A stretch of DNA of 64,000 nt from an uncultured Mycoplasmatota bacterium (GTDB lineage Bacteria; Bacillota_I; Bacilli_A; RF39; UBA660), in contig URQZ01000002.1 in the NCBI GenBank assembly GCA_900550255.1, forward strand, positions 2,248 through 66,247. The letters run 5' to 3'. Below are positions 1-10,460 of this stretch, piece by piece; position 1 is the stretch's first letter, and each line of letters opens with the position of its first letter. The notes beneath the pieces are model-generated. The model was not told the origin of the DNA and did not search any database. It saw only the letters and a list, made by a program, of their open reading frames with translations. The translations under genes and the position numbers were made by a program.

Positions 1-1309
1 CAAGTCCGCCCTTAAATTTTCCACGTGCTCCTTGACGAGATAATTCTTGATGTGCCTTAAATTTTTCTTTAAATCCTTCAACATCAACTTTAATATTTAA
101 TTCACTTGCAAGTTCAACAGTAAGTTCAATTGGAAATCCGTAAGTATCATATAATTTAAAAGCTAAATCTTTGTTTAATTTTCCATCTTCTATTTTCTTT
201 GCTATTTTTTCAAATTCACGTAATCCTTTTTCTAAAGTTCGATTAAATTTATTTTTTTCATTTTTCAAAACATCTAAAACAATATCTTTATTTTGTTTTA
301 TCTCACTATAATATTTAGAATATTCTTTAATAACTAACATAGCTATTTCTTGTTCCCAATCACTATTAATATCAATATTTATTTTTTTAGCATGTCTGAT
401 TGCTCTTCTAATTAATCGTCTAAGTATATATCCTTGATCTGTATTAGAAGGCTTAATTCCAGCTGGATCAGCACTTATAAAAACTGCTGTTCTAATATGA
501 TCTGCAATGATACGCATACTTTTTTCATTACCTTCATAAGTTAAATTTGATATTTCTTCTATCTTACTTATAATATCTTTCCATACACTAGTAGTATAAT
601 TGTCATCTTTATTTTCTAAAACTGCAACAACTCTCTCATAACCCATTCCTGTATCAACATTTTTTCTAGGTAATTTTGTTACTTTTCCATTTTCATCTTT
701 ATAAAATTCCATGAAAACATTATTCCAAATTTCAACCCATCTATCATCTTCAGGATCAAAGACATCAGGAATAGGATCATCACTTCTAAAATAGAATATT
801 TCTGTATCACCACCACAAGGTCCTGTTTCTCCTGCTATCCAAAAATTATCATCTTTACCTAAATAAGCTATTTTTTTATCACTTATTCCAAGCTCTCTCC
901 AAGTACCAGCTGAAATTTCATCTCTTGGAATATCTTTATCTCCTTCAAAAACAGTAATAGCTAATCTTTCAATTGGAATATTTAAAACTTTGGTTAAAAA
1001 TTCAAAACTATAATTGATTGTTTCTTTTTTAAAATAATCTCCTAAACTCCAATTACCAAGCATTTCAAAAAAAGTATGATGTGTTTTATCTCCAACTTCT
1101 TCTAAATCTGTTGTTCTTAAACATTTTTGATAATCACAAAGACGTTTTCCATATGGATGCTCTTCCCCCATTAAATATGGTATTAATGGTTGCATACCAG
1201 CTGTATTAAACAAAACTGATGGATCGTTTTCTGGCACTATTGGTGCACTTGGAATTTGTTTATGTCCCTTACTTACAAAAAAATTAATATATAAATCTTT
1301 TAAATTCAT
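1..1309 (-). CDS. alaS: alanyl-tRNA synthetase, N-terminal part (the gene continues beyond the window start)
   Basis: Manual minus-strand translation from the ATG at 1307-1309 gives MNLKDLYINFFVSKGHKQIPSAPIVPENDPSVLFNTAGMQPL...DTGMGYERVVAVL...YDTYGFPIELT. These are classic class II AlaS N-terminal motifs. The ATG overlaps the TAA stop of the upstream gene (TAATG). Confidence 0.9.
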   Translation of the reverse strand, partial: MNLKDLYINFFVSKGHKQIPSAPIVPENDPSVLFNTAGMQPLIPYLMGEEHPYGKRLCDYQKCLRTTDLEEVGDKTHHTFFEMLGNWSLGDYFKKETINYSFEFLTKVLNIPIERLAITVFEGDKDIPRDEISAGTWRELGISDKKIAYLGKDDNFWIAGETGPCGGDTEIFYFRSDDPIPDVFDPEDDRWVEIWNNVFMEFYKDENGKVTKLPRKNVDTGMGYERVVAVLENKDDNYTTSVWKDIISKIEEISNLTYEGNEKSMRIIADHIRTAVFISADPAGIKPSNTDQGYILRRLIRRAIRHAKKINIDINSDWEQEIAMLVIKEYSKYYSEIKQNKDIVLDVLKNEKNKFNRTLEKGLREFEKIAKKIEDGKLNKDLAFKLYDTYGFPIELTVELASELNIKVDVEGFKEKFKAHQELSRQGARGKFKGGL

Positions 1310-1866
1310 TATTTCACACTCCTAAAAATATTTTTTGTTATTTCATCTAATTTATTTAAATAATTATCCATATCACCATTATTTAGTATATAGTAATCAG
1401 CAAACGCTATTGGTCCACCTTTAGCTGAATTTTCGATTTCAGCAATATCTCTTTCTTCTGCTTTTTTAGAACTTAGAGCTCTAATATTTCTTTTTTCTAA
1501 TCTTTCATAACGTTTATTTTTATCAACTACAATGGAAATAACCGTTAAATCATCTTTAAATTTCTTCTTTAATATTTTAAATTCATCCCACGAATATAAT
1601 CCATCTAAAACAACATTATTATTCTTTTGAGCTTCTTCTATTTTATCTAGCAAAAGAAGTGCGAATGCTCCCATTCCATATTCACTACGTAACTTTTCTC
1701 GCATCATTTTCTCATTTTCTGGTGTTATCTCTAAATTTTGCTCTTTTAATTTATCTAAAGTAACACCACCAAAGTATATTTTTTCAAAGCCTTTTTCCTC
1801 ATAATAATCTGAAGCAATTGACTTACCACTTCCACACATTCCAACGATTGCGATTATTTTATTCAT
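1309..1866 (-). CDS. P-loop nucleoside/nucleotide kinase superfamily protein (dephospho-CoA kinase or AAA-like; exact substrate unknown)
   Basis: N-terminal Walker A motif IIAIVGMCGSGKS. About 185 aa. Overlaps both the upstream gene and alaS, which suggests translational coupling. Confidence 0.5.
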   Translation of the reverse strand: MNKIIAIVGMCGSGKSIASDYYEEKGFEKIYFGGVTLDKLKEQNLEITPENEKMMREKLRSEYGMGAFALLLLDKIEEAQKNNNVVLDGLYSWDEFKILKKKFKDDLTVISIVVDKNKRYERLEKRNIRALSSKKAEERDIAEIENSAKGGPIAFADYYILNNGDMDNYLNKLDEITKNIFRSVK

Positions 1867-2398
1867 ATTCCACCTCTTCTAGCATTTTTATTAAAGCATC
1901 ATTCAAGTTTTCTTTTTCTTCATTTATTATAACATATTTTGGAGTATAATCATCTAAATCTATCTCCGTAATATGTTTTTTTTGTTCTATCGATAATCCA
2001 TTATCATGATTTGGTCTTACTACTTTAATTACGATAACATTTGAAAAATTATTTTTTATATCCTCTATTTCTTCTTTTAATCTAATACCTGTAATTATTA
2101 TATTATTTTTATAATAAGATAAAATTTTAATATCTTCAATTATTCTTTTGATTAAAAATTTATTATCTATCCTATTTTTAATCAATTCTATTCCTAACTG
2201 TTGTAATAAATCTCTTGGTTTATTATTATCACTACCATCCCAATCAGTAATTATTTGAGCATAATCTTTTAAAGGTTTTGTTATTGATAAGATAGTACTG
2301 TTTTTTTTATTTTCTTTAATTATTTTAGCTACACTATCTTTTCCAGATCTTGCTTTACCACATATAATATAAATATTTGGATTTTTATTTTCCATCAT
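1859..2398 (-). CDS. deoxynucleoside-monophosphate kinase-like P-loop protein (T4 gp1 / DNMP_kinase-like)
   Basis: Walker A motif IYIICGKARSGKDSVA resembles the GxKRSGKDT motif of phage-type dNMP kinases. A GAGGAG ribosome-binding site sits 8 nt upstream of the ATG at 2396-2398. Confidence 0.45.
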   Translation of the reverse strand: MMENKNPNIYIICGKARSGKDSVAKIIKENKKNSTILSITKPLKDYAQIITDWDGSDNNKPRDLLQQLGIELIKNRIDNKFLIKRIIEDIKILSYYKNNIIITGIRLKEEIEDIKNNFSNVIVIKVVRPNHDNGLSIEQKKHITEIDLDDYTPKYVIINEEKENLNDALIKMLEEVEYE

Positions 2399-2600
2399 TT
2401 TTCTCCTCTCAAAAGAAAAACCACGGGCTATTTCTAGGAACGAAAAGCCGTGGTACCATCCTAATTAGTCTTAATTTTTATAACGGGTATTACCCGGCAA
2501 TTTTTAATTGCACTAAAGGATAGCTTTCAAATAAGTAAATGTTTCGTTTTCATCAACCACGAACTTTCTAGACATTTTATCTTATTTTACTTTTTCCTTA
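2399..2600 (-). promoter_or_regulatory. T-box leader (probable Ala specifier GCU) with intrinsic terminator, controlling the kinase-kinase-alaS operon
   Basis: The minus strand reads AATTAGGATGGTACCACGG (forward 2448-2462), which matches the T-box consensus AAUUAGGGUGGUACCGCG. A terminator hairpin CCACGGCUUUUCGUUCCUAGAAAUAGCCCGUGG with a U-run lies at 2416-2453. A candidate specifier gaaaGCUa sits upstream. Confidence 0.7.
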
Positions 2601-2608
2601 TTTTTGTT

Positions 2609-3754
2609 TTAATTATTAAAAAATTCATATTTATCATTAAAGAACATAAAAATTGATTTTAAAGCAGCAATAATTGGTGTTGATATAACCATACCAATTA
2701 TACCAAAGAAATAACCAAATACAAGTAATCCTAACATAATTGTAACAGGATGTAATTTAGTTGTTTTACTCATTATAAGTGGTTGTAATAAATTTCCTTC
2801 CAAAAATTGAACAACAACAATAATAACAAGTACTATAATACCAATTATTGGACTTTGAGAGAAACCTACAATAACAGCTGGTACTCCTCCAATATATGGT
2901 CCTGCATAAGGAATAATGTTAGTGATTCCACAAAATAAAGCAAATAATAATGGTGCTTTAAGTCCTGTAATACTAAATCCTATTGCCATAACAACAAATA
3001 TTAATAAAGCATCAAGTAATAAACCTTGAATAAATTTACGAAGTGAAGTATTTACCTCATTGATTAAGTCTCTTGCATCGTTACGCATTCTTTTAGGAAG
3101 TAATGTTATGATAAGGTCATTCGCACTATCAAAGTTAAGTAATAAATAAAACCCTATTATCAAACCTATTACAAAGCTTCCAGCAAAAGAGAAGAATGTT
3201 TTTAAAACATTTATTAAAAGTGTTGGTAAAGATGCTGTAAGATTTGAACCAAAATTTTCAATCATTGTAAACATTTGTGTTTTAATAGCATCTCCATTTA
3301 TATAATCAATACTATTTAAGTTATCAAATATTCCTTCTGCTTTATTTTTTATAAAATCAAATACGGTTGGAATTACTTTAACAAAATCATTAATTTGATC
3401 ATAAAGAAGTGGAATTATAGAACATATAATCAAGGCCATTACACCGATTAATATTAAATATGTTATAGTTGTTCCAAGACCTCTTCTAATTCCTTTTTTA
3501 TTCAGCAATTTTACAAACGGATCAAAAAGCCAAGCAATAAAAATTCCTATAAAAAGTGGTGATATTGTTTTTAATAAGATTATAAAAGTTGATTTTAAGT
3601 TTAATTCTTTAAATAGTCTTATACCAATATAAATGGCTAATATAATAACTAAAAAATAAACAATTTCAAGTATTTTTTTAGAAAGATTTAATACTTCATT
3701 TACTTTAGTTGTATCAACTGTTTTACTCTTATTTTTATCTTTTTTCGAAAACAT
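2609..3754 (-). CDS. AI-2E family transporter (PerM/UPF0118)
   Basis: 381 aa. Multi-pass membrane protein with the typical AI-2E architecture and a conserved C-terminal region. Confidence 0.75.
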   Translation of the reverse strand: MFSKKDKNKSKTVDTTKVNEVLNLSKKILEIVYFLVIILAIYIGIRLFKELNLKSTFIILLKTISPLFIGIFIAWLFDPFVKLLNKKGIRRGLGTTITYLILIGVMALIICSIIPLLYDQINDFVKVIPTVFDFIKNKAEGIFDNLNSIDYINGDAIKTQMFTMIENFGSNLTASLPTLLINVLKTFFSFAGSFVIGLIIGFYLLLNFDSANDLIITLLPKRMRNDARDLINEVNTSLRKFIQGLLLDALLIFVVMAIGFSITGLKAPLLFALFCGITNIIPYAGPYIGGVPAVIVGFSQSPIIGIIVLVIIVVVQFLEGNLLQPLIMSKTTKLHPVTIMLGLLVFGYFFGIIGMVISTPIIAALKSIFMFFNDKYEFFNN

Positions 3755-3863
3755 CTTCTCACCTCTATTTATAATATACTTCGATTATATCAAATATTTT
3801 CAAATATTTCTATTCTTATTGTAAATATTTTCCTATTTTGATATAATTTCCTAGAGGTGAAAT

Positions 3864-4718
3864 ATGATTAAGAATCTTTTAGGTGGTATGGCAATTGGAA
3901 TTGCAAATATCATACCAGGTGTTAGTGGAGGTACAATTATTGTTTTATTAGGTCTTTTTGATAAAACAATGGAAGCTATTTCTAATGTTTTTAAAATTAA
4001 AATTAGTTTTAAAGAACGTATGAAAAGTTTTACTTTTTTATTACAAGTTATGATTGGGGTTGCAATAGGGTTAGTAGGTTTTGCTAAAGTACTTGATTTC
4101 TTATTTAGTACTTTTGAACATCAAACTTTATTTTTATTTGCTGGGCTTATTATTTTTAGTTTACCAATGTTAAAAAAACAAGAAATGGATAATAAAAAAA
4201 TTTCCATTCCATTTTTCATAATTGGTGTTCTTGTAATTGGTATTCTTGCTTATTTTGCTCCAGCTAAAAAAGAAGTTGTTGTTCCATTATCAGATTTACT
4301 TGCTAAAAATTTAGATGTCGCATATATTTTAATTTTAATGGTAATGGGTGCTATCAGTGGAGCTGCTATGTTATTTCCTGGAATTTCTGGTTCAATGGTT
4401 TTACTAGTACTTGGATATTATTATTTATATAAATCTTATGTTTCAAATGTAACTTCTTTTGAACCAATGGTTTTAATTCCACTTATTTTTATCGCCATTG
4501 GTGTTGGTATTGGAATTATTGGTAGCGCTAAATTAACAACTTATCTTTTAGATAATTATCGTCAAAAGACAATGAGTTTGATCCTTGGACTTGTCATGAT
4601 GAGTGGAATTGTTATTATTCCAAGAAGTGGTTATAATCTAACAATTCTAATTAGTTCTATAATTTGTTTTATAATTGGAAGTATCTTCATTATATTCTTT
4701 AATAAACTAAAAAGATAA
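3864..4718 (+). CDS. DUF368 family membrane protein (putative undecaprenyl-phosphate translocase family)
   Basis: The PGVSGGT motif is present near the N-terminus and again at FPGISGS. About 8 transmembrane segments. A ribosome-binding site AGAGGTGA is present. Confidence 0.7.
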   Translation: MIKNLLGGMAIGIANIIPGVSGGTIIVLLGLFDKTMEAISNVFKIKISFKERMKSFTFLLQVMIGVAIGLVGFAKVLDFLFSTFEHQTLFLFAGLIIFSLPMLKKQEMDNKKISIPFFIIGVLVIGILAYFAPAKKEVVVPLSDLLAKNLDVAYILILMVMGAISGAAMLFPGISGSMVLLVLGYYYLYKSYVSNVTSFEPMVLIPLIFIAIGVGIGIIGSAKLTTYLLDNYRQKTMSLILGLVMMSGIVIIPRSGYNLTILISSIICFIIGSIFIIFFNKLKR

Positions 4719-4722
4719 CGAT

Positions 4723-5595
4723 TTATTCGTTATTTTTTATATACTTATATACCTCATCAATAGTATTATCAAAATTTTCAAAATCAACATTAAACCATTT
4801 TAGATCAAATTGATGTCTATTCCAAGTGTATTGTCTTTTCGCATATCTTCTACTTCTTTGTTTTATTAATTCAATTGCTTCTTCGAAACTACACTTGTTA
4901 TCAAAATAATCAAACAATTCCTTATATCCTATTGGTGTTAGTACTGCTTTTGTTCTTATTTTAGTATCATATATTTTTTTTGCTTCTTCTAATAATCCAT
5001 TTTGAAGCATTATATCTACTCTCTTATTAATTCTATCATACAATTTTTCTCTATCAGTTGTTAGACCAATAAAGGTTGTATCATACAGTAATTTATCAGT
5101 TTTTTCTTGATTAAAACTATTATTTGAATATTTATCTAATTCTCTTTCAATTCTTTTACGATTATTTTTATGAATACTTGTTTCTGGATTTATTTTTAAT
5201 AATTTTTCGTATAACTTTTCATTACTATAATCTGAATAGTCATTTTTAATTGTTTCTTTATTAAATTTATAATCATATAAAGCAGCCTTTATATAAAGGC
5301 CTGTACCACCAACTAATATTGGTGTTTTATTTTTTGATAGTATTTTTTTTATTTTATTTCGACAATCTTTTTGATAATCAAAAACAGTATATTCTTCATT
5401 AATGTCTTTTATATCAAGTAAATGATGGGGAATGTTTTCTTTTTCTTCTTCTGTTACTTTAGCTGTCGCAATATCAAGTCCCTTAAAAATTTGGGTTGAA
5501 TCTGCATTTATTATTTCGCCATTTACTTTTTTAGCTAATTCAACACTTAGTTTTGTTTTACCAACTGCTGTTGGTCCTGTTATTACTATAATCAT
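4723..5595 (-). CDS. miaA: tRNA dimethylallyltransferase
   Basis: IIVITGPTAVGKTKLSVELAK...INADSTQIFKGLDIATAK. Confidence 0.9.
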   Translation of the reverse strand: MIIVITGPTAVGKTKLSVELAKKVNGEIINADSTQIFKGLDIATAKVTEEEKENIPHHLLDIKDINEEYTVFDYQKDCRNKIKKILSKNKTPILVGGTGLYIKAALYDYKFNKETIKNDYSDYSNEKLYEKLLKINPETSIHKNNRKRIERELDKYSNNSFNQEKTDKLLYDTTFIGLTTDREKLYDRINKRVDIMLQNGLLEEAKKIYDTKIRTKAVLTPIGYKELFDYFDNKCSFEEAIELIKQRSRRYAKRQYTWNRHQFDLKWFNVDFENFDNTIDEVYKYIKNNE

Positions 5596-6569
5596 TTTGT
5601 CTTCTCCTTACAAAATTTTCTTTCAAGATATTTCATTGATTCATTTAATCGAGAAATAACTTGGTCACTATTGAAATCTAGGCCTATATCATTTAAACAT
5701 TCTATGCCACTATTATTAAGTAATTTATCATTAAGTTTCTTAAATTTTTCAATAAAATTATCACTATTTTCATATTGTTCAATCATATAAGCATTTAAAA
5801 AATGTCCTAAAAGATGCCAATTATTTGCTTCAAAATTACCATGATCATTCAAAAAGTTTTTACAATTTGCTTCAAAAATTTTGGTATCATTATTTTTAAA
5901 TAAAAAGCAATAATTTTCTAAGTTTATTTTTCCTAATTGTTGTTTGGTAATTATTAATTCTAAAATAAAAATAACATCCCTTCGTAAATTTTTGAATTTA
6001 ATCATTTCATCATTATAATATTTCAATCTATCCTTATAGTTTATTTCGCCTTTATTATATAAAAATTCCAATATTTGATATTCCTCAAACTGAGATAATC
6101 CTTCTGTTAATAAATCATTTATATTATTTCTTGCTGCTGTATTTGGTTGATTTAAAAAATGTCTTATTTCATGAGCTGTAATCATAATATCACGAACATC
6201 TCCAAATAATGGTATATTTATTATATTTTCATTTTGATAGAAGACTATATCTTCCTTTGATGATAAATAAAGATCATCTAAATCTAAATCTTCGTCGCGA
6301 TAATGAATATTAAAAATACCATTATTAAATGCTTTATCTAATTTTTCTAATACTTCGGGATAAAATTCACTGTAATATTCCTTTATTTTTTTTAATGTTT
6401 CAGTTGCACTACTCTTTTGATATGGTAATTCTTCTTTGATTATGTTAAGTTCTTTTTTATTAATATATAGATTGTAAAAAAAGGAAGAGTTATAACCAAA
6501 AAAAACATCGTAATGACAAATATAATCTTCAATAACACTATCTATTATTTCATATTGTTCCTCAGTCAT
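5592..6569 (-). CDS. hypothetical HExxH...E protein resembling the catalytic core of M3B oligoendopeptidase F
   Basis: Motif HEIRHF followed by TEGLSQFEEY, which parallels PepF HELGH...GETASIVNE. 325 aa. Overlaps miaA by 4 nt. Confidence 0.4.
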   Translation of the reverse strand: MTEEQYEIIDSVIEDYICHYDVFFGYNSSFFYNLYINKKELNIIKEELPYQKSSATETLKKIKEYYSEFYPEVLEKLDKAFNNGIFNIHYRDEDLDLDDLYLSSKEDIVFYQNENIINIPLFGDVRDIMITAHEIRHFLNQPNTAARNNINDLLTEGLSQFEEYQILEFLYNKGEINYKDRLKYYNDEMIKFKNLRRDVIFILELIITKQQLGKINLENYCFLFKNNDTKIFEANCKNFLNDHGNFEANNWHLLGHFLNAYMIEQYENSDNFIEKFKKLNDKLLNNSGIECLNDIGLDFNSDQVISRLNESMKYLERKFCKEKTK

Positions 6570-6613
6570 AATACCACCTGCTTAAATTATATCAAAAAAA
6601 GACTTAAAAGTCT

Positions 6614-7639
6614 TTATTTTATAAACATCGAATCACCAAATGAAAAGAAACGATATTTTTCTTTTACAGCCTCATGATATGCTTTCATAATTTTATCTTT
6701 TCCTGCTAAAGCACTAACTAACATAAGTAAAGTAGACTTTGGTAAATGAAAATTAGTAATAAGGCTATCTATAGCTTTAAATTCATATCCTGGATAAATA
6801 AAAATACTTGTCCATCCACTACATTCTCTAAATTCGTCATATAGATTCATTATTGTTTCTAATGTTCTAGTAGTTGTTGTTCCAACACTAATAATTCTTT
6901 GGTTATTTTTTTTAGCTTTATTTAAAATTTCAGCCGTTTCTTTACTCATCATATAAAATTCACTATGCATTTTATGTTTTGTAACATCCTCTACATTAAC
7001 TGGTCTAAAAGTACCTAATCCAACATGTAGTGTTATATATAAAACGGTTATTCCTTTTTCTTTTACTTTTTCTAATAATTCTTTTGTAAAATGTAAGCCC
7101 GCTGTAGGAGCAGCTGCACTTCCAATATTTTTGGCATATACAGTTTGATATCTATCTTTATCCTCTAATTTTTCATGAATATATGGTGGTAATGGCATTT
7201 CTCCTAATTTATCTAATATTTCATATAAAATGCCATCATATATTAATTTAAAAACACGAATTCCTTCATCCTTTATTTCAATACATTTTGCTTTTAATAT
7301 TCCATCTCCAAAGTTAACCACTGTTCCTATTTTTACTCTTTTGGCAGGTTTTACTAAGCACTCCCAAGTATTATTAGTTTTTTCTTTCAAAAGTAAAACT
7401 TCAATTAAAGCATTTGTTTCTTCTTTTTGACCATATAATCTTGCTGGCATAACTTTTGTATCATTTAAAACTAAAACATCATTTTCATTTAAATAATCTA
7501 ATATATTGTTAAAATGTTTATGTTCAATTTCACCAGTTTTTTTATCTAATACCAGCATTCTAGATTGATCTCTATTTTTAATTGGTGTTTGAGCAATTAA
7601 TTCCTCTGGTAGTTCAAAATCAAAATCATCTGTTCTCAT
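6614..7639 (-). CDS. queA: S-adenosylmethionine:tRNA ribosyltransferase-isomerase
   Basis: [31 protein letters not shown]... is the canonical QueA N-terminus. Confidence 0.9.
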   Translation of the reverse strand: MRTDDFDFELPEELIAQTPIKNRDQSRMLVLDKKTGEIEHKHFNNILDYLNENDVLVLNDTKVMPARLYGQKEETNALIEVLLLKEKTNNTWECLVKPAKRVKIGTVVNFGDGILKAKCIEIKDEGIRVFKLIYDGILYEILDKLGEMPLPPYIHEKLEDKDRYQTVYAKNIGSAAAPTAGLHFTKELLEKVKEKGITVLYITLHVGLGTFRPVNVEDVTKHKMHSEFYMMSKETAEILNKAKKNNQRIISVGTTTTRTLETIMNLYDEFRECSGWTSIFIYPGYEFKAIDSLITNFHLPKSTLLMLVSALAGKDKIMKAYHEAVKEKYRFFSFGDSMFIK

Positions 7640-7654
7640 ACATTCACTTCCTTA

Positions 7655-8392
7655 TTATTTAATAAATTTATTTCGATAACAATCTTCTATTTTTGTTTTA
7701 TATTTTACTTGAAATAAATCAAGATATTTTTTTTGTTCTTTAGTTAGTAGTTTAGAATTAAAAATAAGCGTATTTTGATTAGAAGGAAAACCAATCATGT
7801 AACCTAATTTTTCACTAAAAAAATCAACTTTTCTATGATATCCATGTACTTCAATGTAATGTTTATACTTATTGCAAATACCAAATTCTTTTATTAAGTG
7901 CTGATTCAAAAGTAAATGTATCATTTTCAAATGACGTTGTAAAATATCATTATTATAAATATTTCCTTCTGAATCGACACAAAAGCCTATTCTAGTATCT
8001 TTATTTAATGTTTTCTTATTTCTACAAATATTATAATCCGTAGCAGGCATAAAATCAAAAGAAAAATTGGGTTTCTTATTAATTAAATCATCATAATTAA
8101 TAGATGTATTATATAGGGAATTTATATAATACTTACCATTATATGGTAGAAGATATTCATCTTTCTCAAAAAAAGGATTCAATAAAATATATTTAAGTTC
8201 CAATATTACAAAATCAAAATATGGATCAAAAATAGTATAGTTTTTTCTAAAATTTCTAAACCTTATCAAATTTTCATCGGATAATGAAATATACTCTTCT
8301 GTTTTTTTCTGACAAAAAAACAAAATATCAAAATAATTTAGTTCTGTCTTTTCATTATCAGGACTTATAATTTTAACCTTAAAATCTTTCAT
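7655..8392 (-). CDS. hypothetical protein inserted between ruvB and queA
   Basis: 245 aa with no recognisable motif. Its start overlaps the ruvB stop (ATGA). Confidence 0.45.
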   Translation of the reverse strand: MKDFKVKIISPDNEKTELNYFDILFFCQKKTEEYISLSDENLIRFRNFRKNYTIFDPYFDFVILELKYILLNPFFEKDEYLLPYNGKYYINSLYNTSINYDDLINKKPNFSFDFMPATDYNICRNKKTLNKDTRIGFCVDSEGNIYNNDILQRHLKMIHLLLNQHLIKEFGICNKYKHYIEVHGYHRKVDFFSEKLGYMIGFPSNQNTLIFNSKLLTKEQKKYLDLFQVKYKTKIEDCYRNKFIK

Positions 8393-9390
8393 GAATTTTC
8401 CTTTTTGTTTATTCCTAAATGATCATAAGCTTTTTGAGTAACAATTCTTCCTCTACTAGTACGTTTTAAAAGACCTGTTTGTAATAAATATGGTTCATAC
8501 ACATCTTCAATTGTTGTTTGTTCTTCCCCTATTGATGACGCTATTGCTTCAATTCCGACTGGACCACCATTAAATTTTTCAATTATTGATTTTAACAAAT
8601 TATAATCTGTATCATCTAATCCTAAGCTATCTACCTTCAAGCGATCTAAAGCTTCTTTTGTTATATCTAGTGTTATCTCTCCATCACCTAAAACAATGGC
8701 AAAATCACGTACTCTTTTAAATAATCTATTAGCAATTCTTGGTGTACCTCTACTACGACGTGCGAGTTCAATAGCTGCTTCTTCACTTATTTTTGTTTCT
8801 AAAACTCTACCCGTTCTTTTAACAATTTCAACTAATTCTTCTTCAGTATAATATTGTAGTTTTGAAATAATTCCAAAACGATCACGTAAAGGACTTGATA
8901 AATCTCCAGCTCTGGTAGTTGCCCCAACTAAAGTAAAGTGTGGAAGTTCTATTCTAATATTACGACTTGATGAATCAGTTCCTACAATAATATCTAAAAC
9001 ATAATCTTCCATTGCAGGATACAATATTTCTTCAATATATCTTGGCATACGATGGATTTCATCAATAAAAAGAACGTCGCCCTCTTCTAAACTTGATAAA
9101 ATAGCAGCAAGGTCTCCACTTTTTTCTATAGAAGGACCACTTGCTGTTTTAATATTAACTCCAAGTTCATTTGCAATAATATAAGCTAGCGTTGTTTTAC
9201 CAAGACCTGGTGGTCCATATAATAAAACGTGATCTAAAGATTCTTCTCTTATTTTAGATGCTTTTATAAAAACGTCCAAATTATTCTTTACTTCAGTTTG
9301 TCCAATATATTCATCAATACTATCAGGCCTAATCGTTTTTTCAAATGAATCTTCTTGTAATTCATGATTAGTTATTACTCTCTCATCCAT
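8389..9390 (-). CDS. ruvB: Holliday junction DNA helicase RuvB
   Basis: Walker A motif [11 protein letters not shown] plus ...DEIHRM and typical RuvB length. Confidence 0.95.
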   Translation of the reverse strand: MDERVITNHELQEDSFEKTIRPDSIDEYIGQTEVKNNLDVFIKASKIREESLDHVLLYGPPGLGKTTLAYIIANELGVNIKTASGPSIEKSGDLAAILSSLEEGDVLFIDEIHRMPRYIEEILYPAMEDYVLDIIVGTDSSSRNIRIELPHFTLVGATTRAGDLSSPLRDRFGIISKLQYYTEEELVEIVKRTGRVLETKISEEAAIELARRSRGTPRIANRLFKRVRDFAIVLGDGEITLDITKEALDRLKVDSLGLDDTDYNLLKSIIEKFNGGPVGIEAIASSIGEEQTTIEDVYEPYLLQTGLLKRTSRGRIVTQKAYDHLGINKKENS

Positions 9391-9395
9391 TTTAA

Positions 9396-9794
9396 TTACC
9401 TCCTATTTTTAGGAAACTCTAAAATTTTACATTTCACTTCATTTTTCAATCTTTTTCTCATTTTGTTTAATATCAATCTTGTTTCAAAAATATTCATATT
9501 TAAATAAACAAAACTTCTTTTTACCAGTTCAAAATCTAATTTTTCATCTTCAAGCACTACATCGTACATTAAATTCGAAAAATATTCTAACATAAAATCA
9601 GAGTATTTTTTTAGTTTACCTTTTTTATCCATATAATTAAAAATTACTTCATCAATTATTTTTAATTCATCAAGTGATAGACGAATCTTTACATTTGAAT
9701 AATTAAACCTAATGACATTAATTAAGTTTACTTGTTGCTTTAAAATATCATTTATTATTTTTTCTTTTTTTGTTTCTAAATTATCTAAACACAT
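9396..9794 (-). CDS. hypothetical protein inserted between ruvA and ruvB
   Basis: 132 aa with no recognisable domain. Tightly packed with the genes on either side. Confidence 0.4.
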   Translation of the reverse strand: MCLDNLETKKEKIINDILKQQVNLINVIRFNYSNVKIRLSLDELKIIDEVIFNYMDKKGKLKKYSDFMLEYFSNLMYDVVLEDEKLDFELVKRSFVYLNMNIFETRLILNKMRKRLKNEVKCKILEFPKNRR

Positions 9795-9803
9795 TGTTTT
9801 CTC

Positions 9804-10352
9804 CTATTTTAGAAGTAATTTTAAAGCCTCTTTTACCTGTTTTTCAATTGATAAAGAGGTATCTATATTTTTAATTACTTTATTAATATCATTATTCTTG
9901 TAACCTAAAGCTTTTAATGTTTCCATTAATTCTTCATTAGATTGTTTTTCAATATTACTGCTTACTAATTTTCCTTTTAAATCTAAAATGATTTGTCGTG
10001 CTACCTTATCACCTATTTTAGGAAATTTTTTCAAGAAACTAATATTTTCATTTTCGATTGCACTAATTATTTCTTCTAATTGTCCACTTGCAAGTATTGG
10101 TAGAGCCATTTTACACCCTAGTCCTTTAACATTTATAAGTTTTAAAAATAATTCTTTTTCTTCTTTGGTCTCAAAACCATATAATGAAATTTCATCTTCT
10201 CTTACATATTGGTATATATATATTTTATAACGTGTATCTATTTTAAATTTATAGGGATTAGCAGTATAAACTAAATAACCTATGTTTTCATTTTCTAAAA
10301 CAATATAACTCGTTTCTATTTGTTTTATCTCACCAATAATATAACTATACAT
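9804..10352 (-). CDS. ruvA: Holliday junction DNA helicase RuvA
   Basis: MYSYIIGEIKQ...GYLVYTANPYKF... GLGCKMALPILAS (HhH region). Confidence 0.9.
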   Translation of the reverse strand: MYSYIIGEIKQIETSYIVLENENIGYLVYTANPYKFKIDTRYKIYIYQYVREDEISLYGFETKEEKELFLKLINVKGLGCKMALPILASGQLEEIISAIENENISFLKKFPKIGDKVARQIILDLKGKLVSSNIEKQSNEELMETLKALGYKNNDINKVIKNIDTSLSIEKQVKEALKLLLK

Positions 10353-10460
10353 ATGATATCACCTACTCTTAAATCTCCATGATTAAATTATACCATATTA
10401 AAAATATTTAATAAACAAAAATCGAACAAATGTTTCAAAAAAGACACTTTATTAAGTGCC

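Noticed and set aside
5432-5659. Plus-strand ORFs fully embedded opposite minus-strand genes. Examples are 5432-5659, 7230-7430, 9712-9903, 9988-10230, 12920-13201, 17209-17627, 18790-19186, 23315-23958 (minus-strand ORFs opposite the GGDEF gene), 25403-25639, 32637-32891, 35022-35213, 35526-35801, 38099-38473, 39433-39775, 41135-41743, 42054-42251, 44694-44975, 46065-46271, 48159-48725, 49873-50091, 50944-51192 and 52527-52763.
   Set aside because: They sit antisense to well-supported genes. They have low-complexity, Phe/Ile/Leu-rich translations typical of AT-rich antisense frames, with no ribosome-binding sites or motifs.
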